A DNA stretch of 24,387 bases from Octopus sinensis (GCF_006345805.1 NW_021836568.1:1-24387); one strand, 5' to 3'. Numbered from the stretch's first letter, positions 10,654 to 23,495 are shown. Made by a program: numbers and translations. The notes: generated by a model from the sequence alone, not told the origin.

Positions 10654-11190
10654 TTTTATTTAATATTTATATAATATATGTTGTGTGTGTGTTGTGTGTG
10701 TGTGTGTTGTATGTGTTGTATTTATTAATATATATAATATATATATATATAGATATATATATATATATTATATATATATATATTATATATATATGTATGT
10801 ATGTTATATATATATATATATATATAATATAATACGGACACACGTATTTATGTATGTGGTGGGGCTTGTACGTGTCAGCGTAGAATTTAAGCGGGGTCAT
10901 TAGATGTGTATATGGTGTGTGTGTGTGTATGTGTGTTTGGAGTGGAGTGTAATATTCAGAAATAAACACGCGACTAAAGGGACAGAGAGAGAGTGAGAGA
11001 GAGAGAGAGAGAGAGACTTACGCAATACCCCAATGTAATGAATACTTTGAAACGGTGGCGGGGTGGGTGATGCTAGGGGTGGGAATATCAAATACCAAAA
11101 GACGTCGGTTTTCATCAACGCGTGAACGCCCTTCGTTCCCTCTCTTCGCTGAAATCGGATCCTCTTTCCACGCTTTGGCTTTTAAAGACG

Positions 11191-12045
11191 GAATGCTCCG
11201 GGTTCAGTTCCACCGCGCGGAACCTTGGGCAAAAGTCTTCTACTATAGCCCCGAGTCGACCAAATCCTTTTGAGCGGAATGTTTCTGGTTCAGTACCACT
11301 GCGTGACACATTGGGCAAGCGCCCTCTACTATGGCCCCGGGTCGATCAAAGCCTTCTGAGTGAATGTTCCGGGTTTAGTTCCACCGCGTGGAACCTTGGG
11401 CGAAAGTCTTCTACTATAGCCCCGGGTCGGCCAAATCCTTTTGAGTGGATTTGGTAGATGGAAGCTGAAAGAAACCCGTTGGGTGTGTTAGTGAGTGTGT
11501 GTGTGTGTGTGTGTGCGCGCGTGCGTGTGTTTGTCACCTACCACCGCTCTTGACAACCAGTGTTGCTTTGTTTACGACCCAGTAACTTAGTGGTGCACAC
11601 AAAAAGATTAGTACAATAAATACCAAGCTTAAAAATTAAGTACTGGGAGAGAGTTGTTCGACTAAAGCACTTTTGTTTTTTTATCTATGGACCCCTTTCA
11701 TTACAATTTTATTCTGCTGGAACCCCATAGCCATTCAATGTTTGAAAACTATTTCGTTTTTCACAAATTAACTCCTGCAGGTTGAACAATGTCAGATGTT
11801 AGAAAAAGAAACCCAACTGTTTCTTGCAATACATACCAATACATGCATCTAAAACAAAATCTTTTCAGGGTCTCCCAAAATGTTATTGGAGATCCCCAAT
11901 TTACTATTTTGTTGCATGGAAACCTCCCCCCGCTCAAAATTATATGGACCCCTAGGGGCCATATGCAGCCCGGCTGAGAACCACTGGAGTAAACTGTTCA
12001 AGCCATGGTCACCGTCAAATGACTGAAACAGGTAAAAAACGATAA
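11191..12045 (+). mobile_element. SINE family A with triplicated ~86 bp B-box region, interrupted near its 3' end
   Basis: Units start at 11191, 11277 and 11362; the body runs to GTTCGACTAAA (11666); the 3' end CAAATGACTGAAACAGG resumes at about 12000. Confidence 0.8.
11667..11986. mobile_element. one-ended hAT-like DNA transposon/MITE fragment inside the SINE
   Basis: Ends in GGCTGAGAACCACTG (reverse complement CAGTGGTTCTCAGCC, resembling hAT terminal repeats) with recurrent GGACCCC-like subterminal motifs. The matching left TIR was not found. Confidence 0.5.
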
Positions 12046-12203
12046 AAAAAAAAAAAAGTACAGCAGGACACCACATCGCGCCACACAGCTCCGCCTCGCA
12101 CTATTGCCCACTCCACACCAAACAACGTGACTCTCTTAAACAGATAGATAGGCCAGTCCATTGTAAGCCGCAGAAATGAGTGTTTTCGAGCCTTATGAGA
12201 GCA

Positions 12204-12204
<1 letters not shown>

Positions 12205-12276
<72 letters not shown>

Positions 12277-12278
12277 TC
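12205..12278. repeat. (TTTC)n microsatellite
   Basis: Directly visible. Confidence 0.95.
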
Positions 12279-12334
12279 AGAGTTCATTTGGTATAGCCTT
12301 TTATCTTTTACCTTTAACGTATTACTGTGCTCGT

Positions 12335-12545
12335 AGTGTGCCCCGCCTTGAAGGGTTTAGTCGAACAAATCAAACCCCGTCATTTTTTAAATCCCCGAAA
12401 CGCTAAAGTACGGAGACGTAAATAGAGCAACAGCGGTTGTCAAACGATGGTGAATATAGCACAAACACACCCACATGCCCCCATCACATACACATACATA
12501 AGCATATACACATGTATATGCATACACATATACACACATATATTT
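12335..12545 (-). mobile_element. SINE family A, diverged 3' fragment
   Basis: TTTAGTCGAACAAATC...GACGTAAA...CGGTTGTCAAACGATG matches family A on the minus strand. Confidence 0.6.
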
Positions 12546-12564
12546 ATATTTGTATATTTATATG

Positions 12565-12963
<399 letters not shown>

Positions 12964-13177
12964 GACAAGACACAAGTCAAATGGGCTCCACGTAAGTTTG
13001 GTATTTTTGTACGTTTCAAAAGTGTATATTGACAATATTTTGTGCTTAAAAGTTGTGCAACAACATCCACTGTAAACCTTTGATAAATATCGACACAAAT
13101 TTTGCCCCTTGTGGGCAAAATTTAAAAGAAAAAATCTCATAGCCTTCGTGGTTTCATTTAGCCATTTTATTTCCAAA

Positions 13178-15365
13178 ATGGCCACTGGCCACCACGAGGC
13201 TGAGGTGCAAGTCAAGCGTGACGCAGAAACAGAAAACAGGATGCTCTGTTAGCATATGTTGAACCTGACAACTCCACCACCATCAACATCGACAACAGCA
13301 ACAAATACAAAACAAAGGTCGCAAGGCCAAGCACCGTCAACACCATCAGTGAGTCCACCACCACCAACACCATGGCAGAATCTGCTACTAAAACTGCTAT
13401 CCCTACTAAAGACATCGCCACCAATACAATCAACATCACCATCACCGCCACCAAAGACCGTGCCGTCAACGCTACTAATACTACAAACACCACACCGCCG
13501 TCACCAAGAACGACATAACAACAACACACAACAACAACAACAACAACAACACAACAACAACAACGACGACCGACAACAACAATTCCCCTCAACCACTGCT
13601 CACTCCATCACCAACAAGTGAGAAAATAACGACGACAAGCAAACGAAATGTCGAAATTTGCGCTAGTGCAGGACTAAAGTACGCAGGCAATTTTCCACCC
13701 CTTCCTACTTGCACAATCGAACCAACACACAATTTTACAAACTGCAGCCAACAACAACATCACCACAGCAACAACAATAACAAAACAACAACAAATTTCG
13801 CTGAGGCGATTAAAGAAAAAAAAACAACAATATATTACTTTACGGCTCAACAAATACAGGAACACGAACATTAAAATAACAGAATCAGATGTATAGTAAA
13901 AATAAACATACCAGAAGACATTTTGGAAAATGAAAAAAGACGAACATCATTTATAAAATAGTTAACAAAAAAACAAAATCCCAGAGAAGGCTAACACAAG
14001 CAAAATAGAGAAGTGCTTGAAACCCATCTGGAATCACAAAGAATATGTAACCTGGTGGAAAAAATTTGCCCACATACAAGTTGTTTTCTACACCGAAGAG
14101 TTAGCTAGACATTTCTCAACGCTAACTCTTCACTCAGATGAACTCCAACTTACACCATGCTATCGGGGACAGAAAGTGACTAAGATCACTCTAAACAATG
14201 TCCCCAAAATAGCCAATAATCTATGGCTTGTAAAGGCCTTATGCGTAAAAATGACGAATTATGCTATTTTGGAAACCACAGTCACAGAGCATAAAAACTG
14301 GGTGGGAAAAAAAGTAGAATTTCTTCTACATATACATCATGAAGATATAAAAAAAATACCCACCCAGATATGTGTATCAGACGACCACAAGTTATATGTG
14401 GTCGTCGATGGCAGAAGACCACGTTGCTACTATATATGCGGCAGTGAGCAACACCTAAAAAAAGACTGCAAATCTGCCGCAAGAAAACAACAGCAACAAC
14501 AACAGCAGCAGCCGGAACAAAAACAATAAACAAGGTTTACTACCCACACCACCTTTTGCAGGAACAAACCTCACCAAACAAACAACCACACCAACTGCAG
14601 CACCAAGAACAGAACAGCATCACCAACAACAACAACCAGAATATACCAACTCCCAAACCAAGGACATCTGCCAAAAAGACACCCAGCAAAATGAAGAAAC
14701 AATTACAATTACAACTCCAAATCCCCACAAAATTGAGACCCTAAACAACACAACAATACTACAATCACTCAAACACAAATACCAACCCAACCCCACCTCC
14801 AAAACCGCATACACCACAACAAACGCTCACCAACCAACCCAACAACAAAACCAACACAGTCGACAATAGACCCCATATTTTTCCCTCTTCCAGACTCCGA
14901 TTCGTCTGATTTGTCATTAGACGAAAAGACACGGAAGATTGGCAATAGCCACAGGGGGGAGAAGAAAAAGGGGAAAAAAAGAAAAGAAAATAACAAACAA
15001 AGCGGGAAGATACACCACTCCCGAAACAAAACATCCACAGAAAACACACACATCAACACAACACACACCATCATCAAACCCCCCAAAAATGTTGACAGCC
15101 ATACACAACAACCACCACGACCTAATGGAACACATTAGGTCAAACACTAACATTACTGAAAACGACATAAAAACAAGTAACCACCCACACACAACACACA
15201 CCACCACACATTAAAATAACACTGACACAGAACTACAGCAGCACCCTGAAATCTCTTTACCCTGATGCAGTAGGGAGATTTCAAAAGTACTCATCGAAAA
15301 AACTGTATAAAAGCCTCATAGAAGACCGTGAGGTGAAAGACAAAGAACTTTCGAAAAACAAGTAA
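13178..15365 (+). pseudogene. LINE ORF1 (gag-like nucleic-acid-binding protein), frameshifted as assembled
   Basis: AAAATGG start at 13178, Thr/Asn/Gln-rich N-terminus, globular segment 14017-14529 with RPRCYYICGSEQHLKKDC (CCHC knuckle, first spacing x3), last coding-like segment ending SKNK-TAA at 15365. Start and continuity are inferred. Confidence 0.65.
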
Positions 15366-15407
15366 CCTTTTCTCTCTCCTTTTCCTTTTTTGCACTTTTA
15401 TCGGAAC

Positions 15408-18400
15408 ATGCTCAGAATAGGTAGTATAAATGTACGTGGCTTGGGGTCGCCTTGGAAACAAGGCTACCTGTTAAATGACATCAAGTCACTAAATCTGAAT
15501 ATCATAGCCATCAGTGAGACCAGACTCCACAGCTTGCGGGCACTCCAGCACATTTTCGGTACACATTTCAACATTTATTTTTCTCCGTGTCTACCGAGAA
15601 TGGGCGGAGGTGGCACCGCGGTGCTTATCCGGAAGAGTCTGGATCTCAAAGTAAGAGCAAATTTCCTAGACCCGGAGGGTAGGCTGGTCGTTTTGGATGT
15701 CGATGGCAGCAATGAGTGTGCTTTTCGACTGATAGCAGTTTATGCTCCGGCGTCCTTAACAGGCCGACCGGATTTCTTTCGACGTCTAGAGTCTTTCATG
15801 GGAACCGTCTCGTCCTTTACTTTTAGTGGGGGATTGGAATGCCACCCTGGACACGCATCTAGACTACGTGGGCAGAGATAGCCAATAGAAGGGGATGCAA
15901 ATGCCTCAAAGACCTGCTCAGACGTTTCCAACTGTCTGACAGCGTACCGACTGGACCACCCGAATGTGCCAATGTGGACATGGAGTAACCGCATCGGGTC
16001 GTCCAGATCATACTTAGATAGAGTATTCTGTAGGACAATAGATAAAAATAGTGTAGGTTTGTCCACAATTTCATATAGTCAGTTACACAGATCACAAGTT
16101 TGTGACTTGTACACTTGACTTAGATAAGACAATAGGCAGGGTTCCTGGTTACTGGAAACTGAACGCGTCTTTTACAGCACGACAGGTTTACAGGGACCCG
16201 ATCAGCACATTAGTTAGAGAGCTTTGACGGGTACCATCATCAAACAACAGATGGTGGTATGCCCTAAAAAAGCGATTAAAGCAGAATCAGTCAGATACAG
16301 TAGAGCCCTAGCATTAGACCGAAATAGAATAGAGGGAGAATTAGTTAAGGTTTTAGAAGAGGCACTTAGAACTGGCATCGCGTCCAACTGCTGGCGGCGA
16401 GATTGACCCTCAACCAACACCTCACGCCAAACACGAGGTATGCGTTGTCAGAGCTAGGATGCGTGCTCTGAGGAACGAAGGAGTTGGAGCCGCCCAACAG
16501 GCCCGAGTGGGGAGACGCAACGAGGCAACAGAGCCCACCATCAAGTCTCTTATAGATGAACAGGGGCGCGAATTGCTCGAGCCTAAAAGGATGTGTGGGG
16601 TTTTTTCAACAACACTTCACCCAACTGTTTGGGACAAGTGGTGAAGTCAGAAAGCAGAGTGGACTTTAGTGCCTACCTGCATGCCTTGCCACGACTCTCA
16701 GCAAGGGAGGTGGAGTCTTGTGAAAAGCCTATCACAGCTACGGACGTACAGGATGCGATGGTAGGCTGCGCGAGAGACAAGTCACCAGGCTTGGATGGTC
16801 TCCCTACGAATTTTATTTTCATATACCAGACTTGTTTGGAGGCGTCTTGGCAGCTGTCTACTGCAACTGGCAGCAGAACGGGAGTATTCCTGCTTTTGTA
16901 AAGCGAGGAGCAGTGGCACTGATCAAGAAAGACCCAAACAAGGGGGACGTCATAGATAATTTCAGGCCCATCACTCTGCTCAACGCAGATTTGAAAATTT
17001 TGGCCAAGTGTGTAGCCGAGAGGTTGGCGCTTGTCATCAAGAAACTAATCGACAAGGCGCAAACATGCGCCGTGCCGGGTAGAAGTATTCATGACAACCT
17101 CCATCTGATGCGCTACATCATAGACCAGGGTAGTTAAAAATCCTGGCATGGGTGGGGCGCTGATCAATTTGGATCAATCAAAAGCCTTCGATAGGGTAGA
17201 CCATCACTACTTGGAGCTGTCCTCAAAGCACTGGTTTCGGTCCAGTTTTCCGCGGTTGGATCGCTGCCTTATACAGCGGCATCCGCTCAGTAGTTCGCGT
17301 AAATGGTCATCTATCCAGACCTTTTAACATCATTCATGCGTTCGTTCGTCAGGGATGCCCCCTCTCATCGCTGCTGTATGTACTGACTCTTGAGCCACTA
17401 CTGCGGAAACTGGCGACGCTGAGGGCATCCCACGAGAGCTGGATGCGGGAGGAGCGTGTCTGCATACGCGGATGACGTCACCGTCATAGTGTCGAGCTAC
17501 GAGCACATCGAGCTGGTCGGCGAGACACTGAAAGAATACGAAGCGGTAACGGGAGCAAAAATAACCGGAAAAGTCAGTAGGCTTGCGGCTCGGCACCTGG
17601 GAAGCAAGCCCATGCCGTCCAACAGCGTCTCCATCGTGGGACGCTGGACGGACGGACCGGTTAAATTGCTCGGGGTCTGGTTCGGTCCGGACCTCCAAAT
17701 GGAGAAGAACTGGGGCGAGATAACGACTAGGGTGGCTACTCTCACCCAGAAATGGACTGAGAGAAAGCTATCCCTAAAAGGTCGGGCGGAGGTGGCGAAC
17801 GACGTACATCGCATCCGTCATCGAGTATCGTCTGACCGTCGTGCCTTGTCCCGACCCTACCATCACCAAACTGGAACGCAACTCTTCCGCTTCTTGTGGA
17901 AGGGAAACGTTCCGATGGTTAGGCGATCCATTTGCTGCCAACACCCGCTAAATGGAGGGCTGGGCATGCCGTGGTTGATGATGCGCAGACATGCGCTGAG
18001 ACTGCGACATCTCCGGCGCTTCATAGACAACGGTGAACAGGGGTGGTCGCCTTTTGTGCGGCGCGCTTCCCGCAGCTCGTCTCCTTGGACTAACTACAGT
18101 CATGGATCAAGCAGAACCGAGGCTAGGCGAATGGCACCGCGAGTGTCGTTGCTCTCAAGCAACTCTGCCGTCCGGGATCGAACTTGTGCGACTCCATCAC
18201 AACAAAGGCATTCTATAGAGGATTAGTGGAGGGGAGGTGCGACGACGACTCGGGCAGAGTCTGGGCGTCGACGAGGAACACCTGACCCGCCTGTTCAGGA
18301 CAACTTTCGGGCCGGGACCTATGAACAATCACCAAAGATCCCTGGCCTGGCAGTGCTACTTCGAGAAGCATTACCTGTTCGGGATAAGCTCTACAGACAC

Positions 18401-18847
18401 GGTTCCAGACACACTGGACCGACTTGCCCGAGATGCGGTCAGAGCGACGAAACCGTTCTGCACGCACTCGTGCAATGTCCAACTATTTCCGACCTGTGGG
18501 CTTATGCCGAACGGCTGCTGTCACGTGTGGGCCGAATCCGCCTATCGGCCGAGTCTATCGTGAGAATTTCTCCGCCCCCTTCCCTCAACCGGGAAGGCAA
18601 GGCAGTTTTCATCATCGTACTGGTGGCCATGGTGAAAGAATGTGTGTGGTGGACTCGAGCGAAAGGATTAGAGACAACACTTTACCTCTCTGGCCAATCA
18701 CTCATCAACTTTTTCAAGTACCACTTGAAAAGAGGTGAGAATGGAGAGGGAAGTTTTGTTCTCGCGAAAGATTCAAAAAAAGATGAGTGAATGTTGCAAA
18801 GATGGTGCGTGGCTAGTAACGAAACCATTTTGAGCATGATCCTGTAG
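15408..18847 (+). pseudogene. LINE ORF2: APE endonuclease, reverse transcriptase and C-terminal Cys/His motif, frameshifted as assembled
   Basis: Endonuclease motifs: INVRGL, ISETR, LIAVYAP, GDWNA, YLDRVF, YTDHK. Linker and RT motifs: YWKLN, KSPGLDG, FRPITLLNADLKILAK, LDQSKAFDRVDH, VRQGCPLS, YADD (17465-17476). C-terminal CPRCGQSDETVLHALVQC. Motifs are spread over several frames. Confidence 0.92.
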
Positions 18848-19105
18848 ATCGTAAAAAAGAAAGAAAAGAGCATTTTTGATCTCATGTGGTTATTTCCTCC
18901 CTGACTGGGGTTCCCGTGGTCTTTTCTGTAGGCTTTTCTTCTCCCCACGGATGAACCCAATCTTTGTTATATCAATGTTTACATCATTATTTCTGTGATA
19001 CCGATTTCCTTTTTTTTCTATTTTTTTTCCACCCTCGAAAAGAAAAGCTCTGCATTTGTATTTGTCCTCTCTGTATTCAGCCCTGTGTGGCTAATAAAAG
19101 AAAGT

Positions 19106-19131
19106 TATCTATCTATCCATCTATCTATATA

Positions 19132-19209
<78 letters not shown>

Positions 19210-19243
19210 AATCTATCTATCTATCTATCCATCTATCTATATA

Positions 19244-19289
<46 letters not shown>

Positions 19290-19290
19290 C

Positions 19291-19321
<31 letters not shown>

Positions 19322-19375
19322 CATCTATCTATCTATCTATCAATCTATCTATCTATCTATCCATCTATCTATATA

Positions 19376-19413
<38 letters not shown>

Positions 19414-19414
19414 C

Positions 19415-19461
<47 letters not shown>

Positions 19462-19462
19462 C

Positions 19463-19495
<33 letters not shown>

Positions 19496-19525
19496 CCTGT
19501 CTGTCTGTCTGTCTATCTATCTATT
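19106..19525. repeat. (TCTA)n array with ~112-132 bp higher-order structure, 3' flank of the LINE
   Basis: Variant ATAATT at 19129, 19241 and 19373; CAATCT at 19209 and 19341. Confidence 0.93.
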
Positions 19526-19754
19526 TGTGTCTCTCTAGCTATCTAAGGATACAGTGGATGATGAGGAAACACATACAGCAACTGAAGCATATGTTTTCCT
19601 GGATATAAGTAAAACATGAGATGGCCACGGCTGGAATGTCTTAGATCAGGGTTGATTTGAGGCACACCTGCAACAACAATAAAAATTAAAAACACATATA
19701 CATACTTTAATACATACACACATACTCACTACCTCTGTCTGTCTCTCTCTCTCG

Positions 19755-19788
<34 letters not shown>

Positions 19789-19931
19789 CTTATGTATATA
19801 TGTGCTCGTTTATATATGCATATGTATATATATATATATATATATCTATATTATATACATACATACACGTTTGTTGATTGCCTAATAGTGGTGTTATCTC
19901 TAATTTAATTTATATATATATAATATATATA

Positions 19932-19963
<32 letters not shown>

Positions 19964-20461
19964 CATACACACACACACACGCACATATATATATATATAT
20001 GTGCATATTCATATACATACATATATATAGAGAGACAGACACTCACACACACACACTGAACGCACCGATAATTAGTGGCAAGAGGAAATCTTTCGGGAGT
20101 TTTCAAACAAAAATAAATAAATTAAAAAAATAGAAAGTTAAGAAATAAAAAATAGAAATAAAAATAAAATAACCAACAACGAGTCAACAACAACAAAAAT
20201 AACACACACGAACAACAAACAACAGTAACAACGGTTAATAACATCATAAACAACACCAACAACAACAGTAGCAACAACAACAACAAAGTAGAAAGACAAA
20301 AACCCTTTTATTTTTAAAACTTAAAATGGCGGAAAAGAACAAAAAGCTTTCTTTCTTCCAAAGAAATTTCTAAATCCATATTGTTGATGGCGTTACTATT
20401 ATTATATATATATACATATACACTCGTTCATTGTATTAGCCTTTATTGTCATCGCTGCTCT

Positions 20462-20462
20462 T

Positions 20463-20497
<35 letters not shown>

Positions 20498-20735
20498 GGT
20501 GGTGGTGGTGGTGGAGGTGGTGGAGGTTTTTCGATATTGTTGCGGTCGTTGTTGTTCTTGTGCGTTGTTGTTGTTCTTGTGCGTTGTTGATGTTTTAGTT
20601 GTAGAAATTTGGGTGTGTTGTTTGTTGTTTGTTAATGTTGTTGATTGTTCTTTTTACAACCATTTCTGCTGCCGCCGCCGTCGTTCGTCGTCGTTGTTGT
20701 TGTTGTTGCTGTAGCTGTAGCTGTTGCTGTTGTTG
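20462..20735. repeat. (TTG/GGT/CTG)n low-complexity array
   Basis: Directly visible; a (CAA)-rich tract lies upstream at about 20170-20286. Confidence 0.85.
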
Positions 20736-20897
20736 TCTTCAATGCTTCTCAGATATTTTATTTATAATCTCCACAGAGTCAAAATTAGATCTGGTAGCTT
20801 TATTCTCAATGTTCTACATTTTATACACACTCACACACATGGAATACATCAGAGTATAATGTGTGTGTGTGTGTACACATACATATGTATATATACT

Positions 20898-20969
<72 letters not shown>

Positions 20970-21501
20970 GCTATAAATTTAAAATATGGTTATGTATATA
21001 TATGCGTGTGCTGTTACAGTTACAGCCTATTTTGCATCTTTAAGTGTTTCTATTTTCGCTCAGAGTTGTAAAATATCTTCGCCTCTCTCTTTACCCGTCT
21101 GTCTGTGCACACACAAACACACACACATACACCCACACATACACACATATACACACGTGTATACAAACTCGTACATATATATTTATTTAATGAGGACGAA
21201 CAATATTGGGTGTGAACCTTCTATTCTTTCATTGCATCTGTTACACGCGTTTCAGTCCCCGCTAAACTGGATGATGACACTGTATAAACGCAACCCTTAA
21301 ACGGATTGCATTTATGGACACTTCTTCCGGACACAAGAAAAAAATTCTTCTGTGTGAGGAAAATGTTCGGCTTTGATTATGTACGCTGAACTTATAATGT
21401 TGCATTTATAGTTTGCATTTATTATATGACATTTTTGAATTACCGAACTCTGAAACATGCGTAATAAATGTAATAAAGGAATATACATTTTATGCCCTCT
21501 C

Positions 21502-21756
21502 TTTTATTCTCTTTTACTTATTTCAGTCATTTGACTGTGGCCATGCCGAAGCACCGCCTTTAGTCGAGCAAATCGACCCCAGGACTTATTCTTATTCTAT
21601 CGGTCTCTTTTGCCAACCGCTAAGCTACGGGGACGCAACCACATCAGCATCGGTTGTCAAGCGATGTTGGGGGGACAAACAAAGACCCACACAACACACC
21701 ACACACACACACACAAACACACACAAACACACACACAAACACACACACATACATAC

Positions 21757-21828
<72 letters not shown>

Positions 21829-21998
21829 CATATATACGACGGGCTGTTTCAGTTTCCGTCTACCAAATCCAGTCACAAGGCTTTGGTCGGCCCAAGGCTA
21901 TATAGTAGAAGACACTTGCCCAAAGTGCCACGCAGTGGGACTGAACCCGGAACCATGTGGTTGGAAGCAAGCTACTTACCACACAGCCACTCATTGCC
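21502..21998 (-). mobile_element. SINE family A, full length, long internal (CA)n(TA)n
   Basis: Colinear with 7233-7664 from head (TGGCTGTGTGGTAAG, GGTTCAGTCCC) to 3' end. Confidence 0.9.
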
Positions 21999-22261
21999 TT
22001 TTTTTTTGTTTTTTCTCTCATATGCTTTTTATATTAGGTTTTAGCCTTTCTCACACCTCTTAGAATCTTCTGAGATCACGAATCAGTGGGAGTTTAATGT
22101 GGTTTACTAATAACAGCTGCAACCTGAACGGTAAAATTGTCGCGCACAACCGTGATAGGAATTTATAAGAATATAACTACATTCTTTCTCTGCTTTCGAT
22201 GAGCAAAAAAACCCCAGAAAAAACGGGATGCAAAATATTCCTGATGAACCATTAATACTAT

Positions 22262-22643
22262 ATGTGGAAGCACTCCGTCGGTTACGACGATGAGGGTTCC
22301 AGTTGATCCGATCAACGGAACAGCCTGCTCGTGAAATTAACGTGTAAGTGGCTGAGCACCCACAGACACGTGTACCTTAACGTAGTTCTCGGGGATATTC
22401 AGCGTGAACATGAGAGTGACAAGGCCGGCCCTTTGAAATACAGGTACAACAGAAACAGGAAGTAAGAGTGAGAGAAAGTTGTGGTGAAAGAGTACAGCAG
22501 GGATCACCCTCGTCCCTGCCAGAGCCTCGTGGAGCTTTAGGCGCTTTCGCTCAATAAACACTCACAACGCCCGGTCTGGGAATCGAAACCGCGATCCTAC
22601 GACCGCGAGTCCGCTGCCCTAAATACTGGGCCATTGCGCCTCC
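22262..22643 (-). mobile_element. tRNA-derived SINE, family C
   Basis: Minus-strand head GGAGGCGCAATGGCCCAGTATTTAGGGCAGCGGACTCGCGGTCGTAGGATCGCGGTTTCGATTCCC (A- and B-box-like), followed by a ~300 bp body unrelated to families A and B. Confidence 0.75.
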
Positions 22644-22660
22644 ATTAATACTATATATTA

Positions 22661-22850
22661 ATATCCTTTCTACGATAGGCACAGGGCCTGAAATTTTTGG
22701 GTAGGGGATCAGTCGATTAAATCGACTCCAGTGTTTCACTGGTACTTAGTTTATCGACCTCGAAAGGATGAAAGGTAAAGTTCATCTCTGCGAAATTATA
22801 ACTCAGAACGTGCAGACAAACGAAGTGCCGCGATTTGAACTCAGAGCCTG
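22661..22850 (-). mobile_element. SINE family B (type Y end), diverged
   Basis: TAGGCACAGGGCCTGAAATTTT...ACTGGTACTT...GAAAGGATGAAAGG matches 23496-23640. Confidence 0.8.
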
Positions 22851-22949
22851 CAGACAGACTACTGTCATTGTATTGACCAGACAATCGGATGTTGCTATAC
22901 GTCGCTAGGCACAATGCGCTTTCTCCTGATGCCAGCCCGCTGAGAAGGC

Positions 22950-23103
22950 GAACAGGCCAAGAAAGTCCGTCACAAGGTTGCCAGTTTGCAGCTGTGCGCA
23001 GTGGAGCAATGTGATACGAAGTGTTTCGCTTAAGAACTGACGGTCTGGGAATCGAAACCACGGTCTAGCGATCGTGAGTGCAACACCCTAACCATTAGAC
23101 CAC
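22950..23103 (-). mobile_element. old tRNA-headed SINE fragment, head similar to family C
   Basis: GGTCTGGGAATCGAAACC (B-box reverse complement) is shared with 22573-22590; the body is diverged. Confidence 0.55.
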
Positions 23104-23495
23104 CCACCTTCACACATACACCTTCATACATACACACACACACACAGACGCAGGCAGGCACGCACCCACACACACATACACACACAGCGTCATACACATA
23201 CGCGTGCGCACGTGCAGAGCACGTAAGTTTGTTTATAAATTAATTAGTTGCGTCATTAACAAAATAATGTCCTTATTAAGAAAAGGCTAATTTATAAGCA
23301 GAATTGTAAGCAGATTACACTATCAAATAACAAGATGTTGCGTCACATTCGTACCCTGCAAGTTTTAAAATTTAGGACAATACCATAACATTGTCCTAAG
23401 CAAATCATAAACGTTAAAAGTCATTCAAAAGTGTTTCGTCATCTCTGAAGATTTACCAATGAAATCTGCTTAAGTGACCATCACTTACATAACGG

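Larger units (their letters stand above)
12964..19105 (+). mobile_element. near full-length non-LTR retrotransposon, L1/Tx1 group
   Basis: Putative ~210 bp 5' UTR, ORF1 with zinc knuckle, 42 nt pyrimidine-rich spacer, ORF2 EN-RT-Cys/His, T-rich 3' UTR with AATAAA at 19093-19098. Both ends abut (TCTA)n. Confidence 0.9.

Noticed and set aside
14282-18482. Minus-strand ORFs overlapping the LINE
   Set aside because: Antisense shadows of LINE coding sequence with no motifs of their own.
20322-20373. AAAATGGCGG start-like/YY1-like motif opening MAEKNKKLSFFQRNF
   Set aside because: Stops after 15 codons with no splice donor and no other support.
20730-20810. Minus-strand frame NIENKATRSNFDSVEIINKISEKH-stop as an exon
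   Set aside because: Short, no polypyrimidine tract at the putative acceptor, and no recognisable family.
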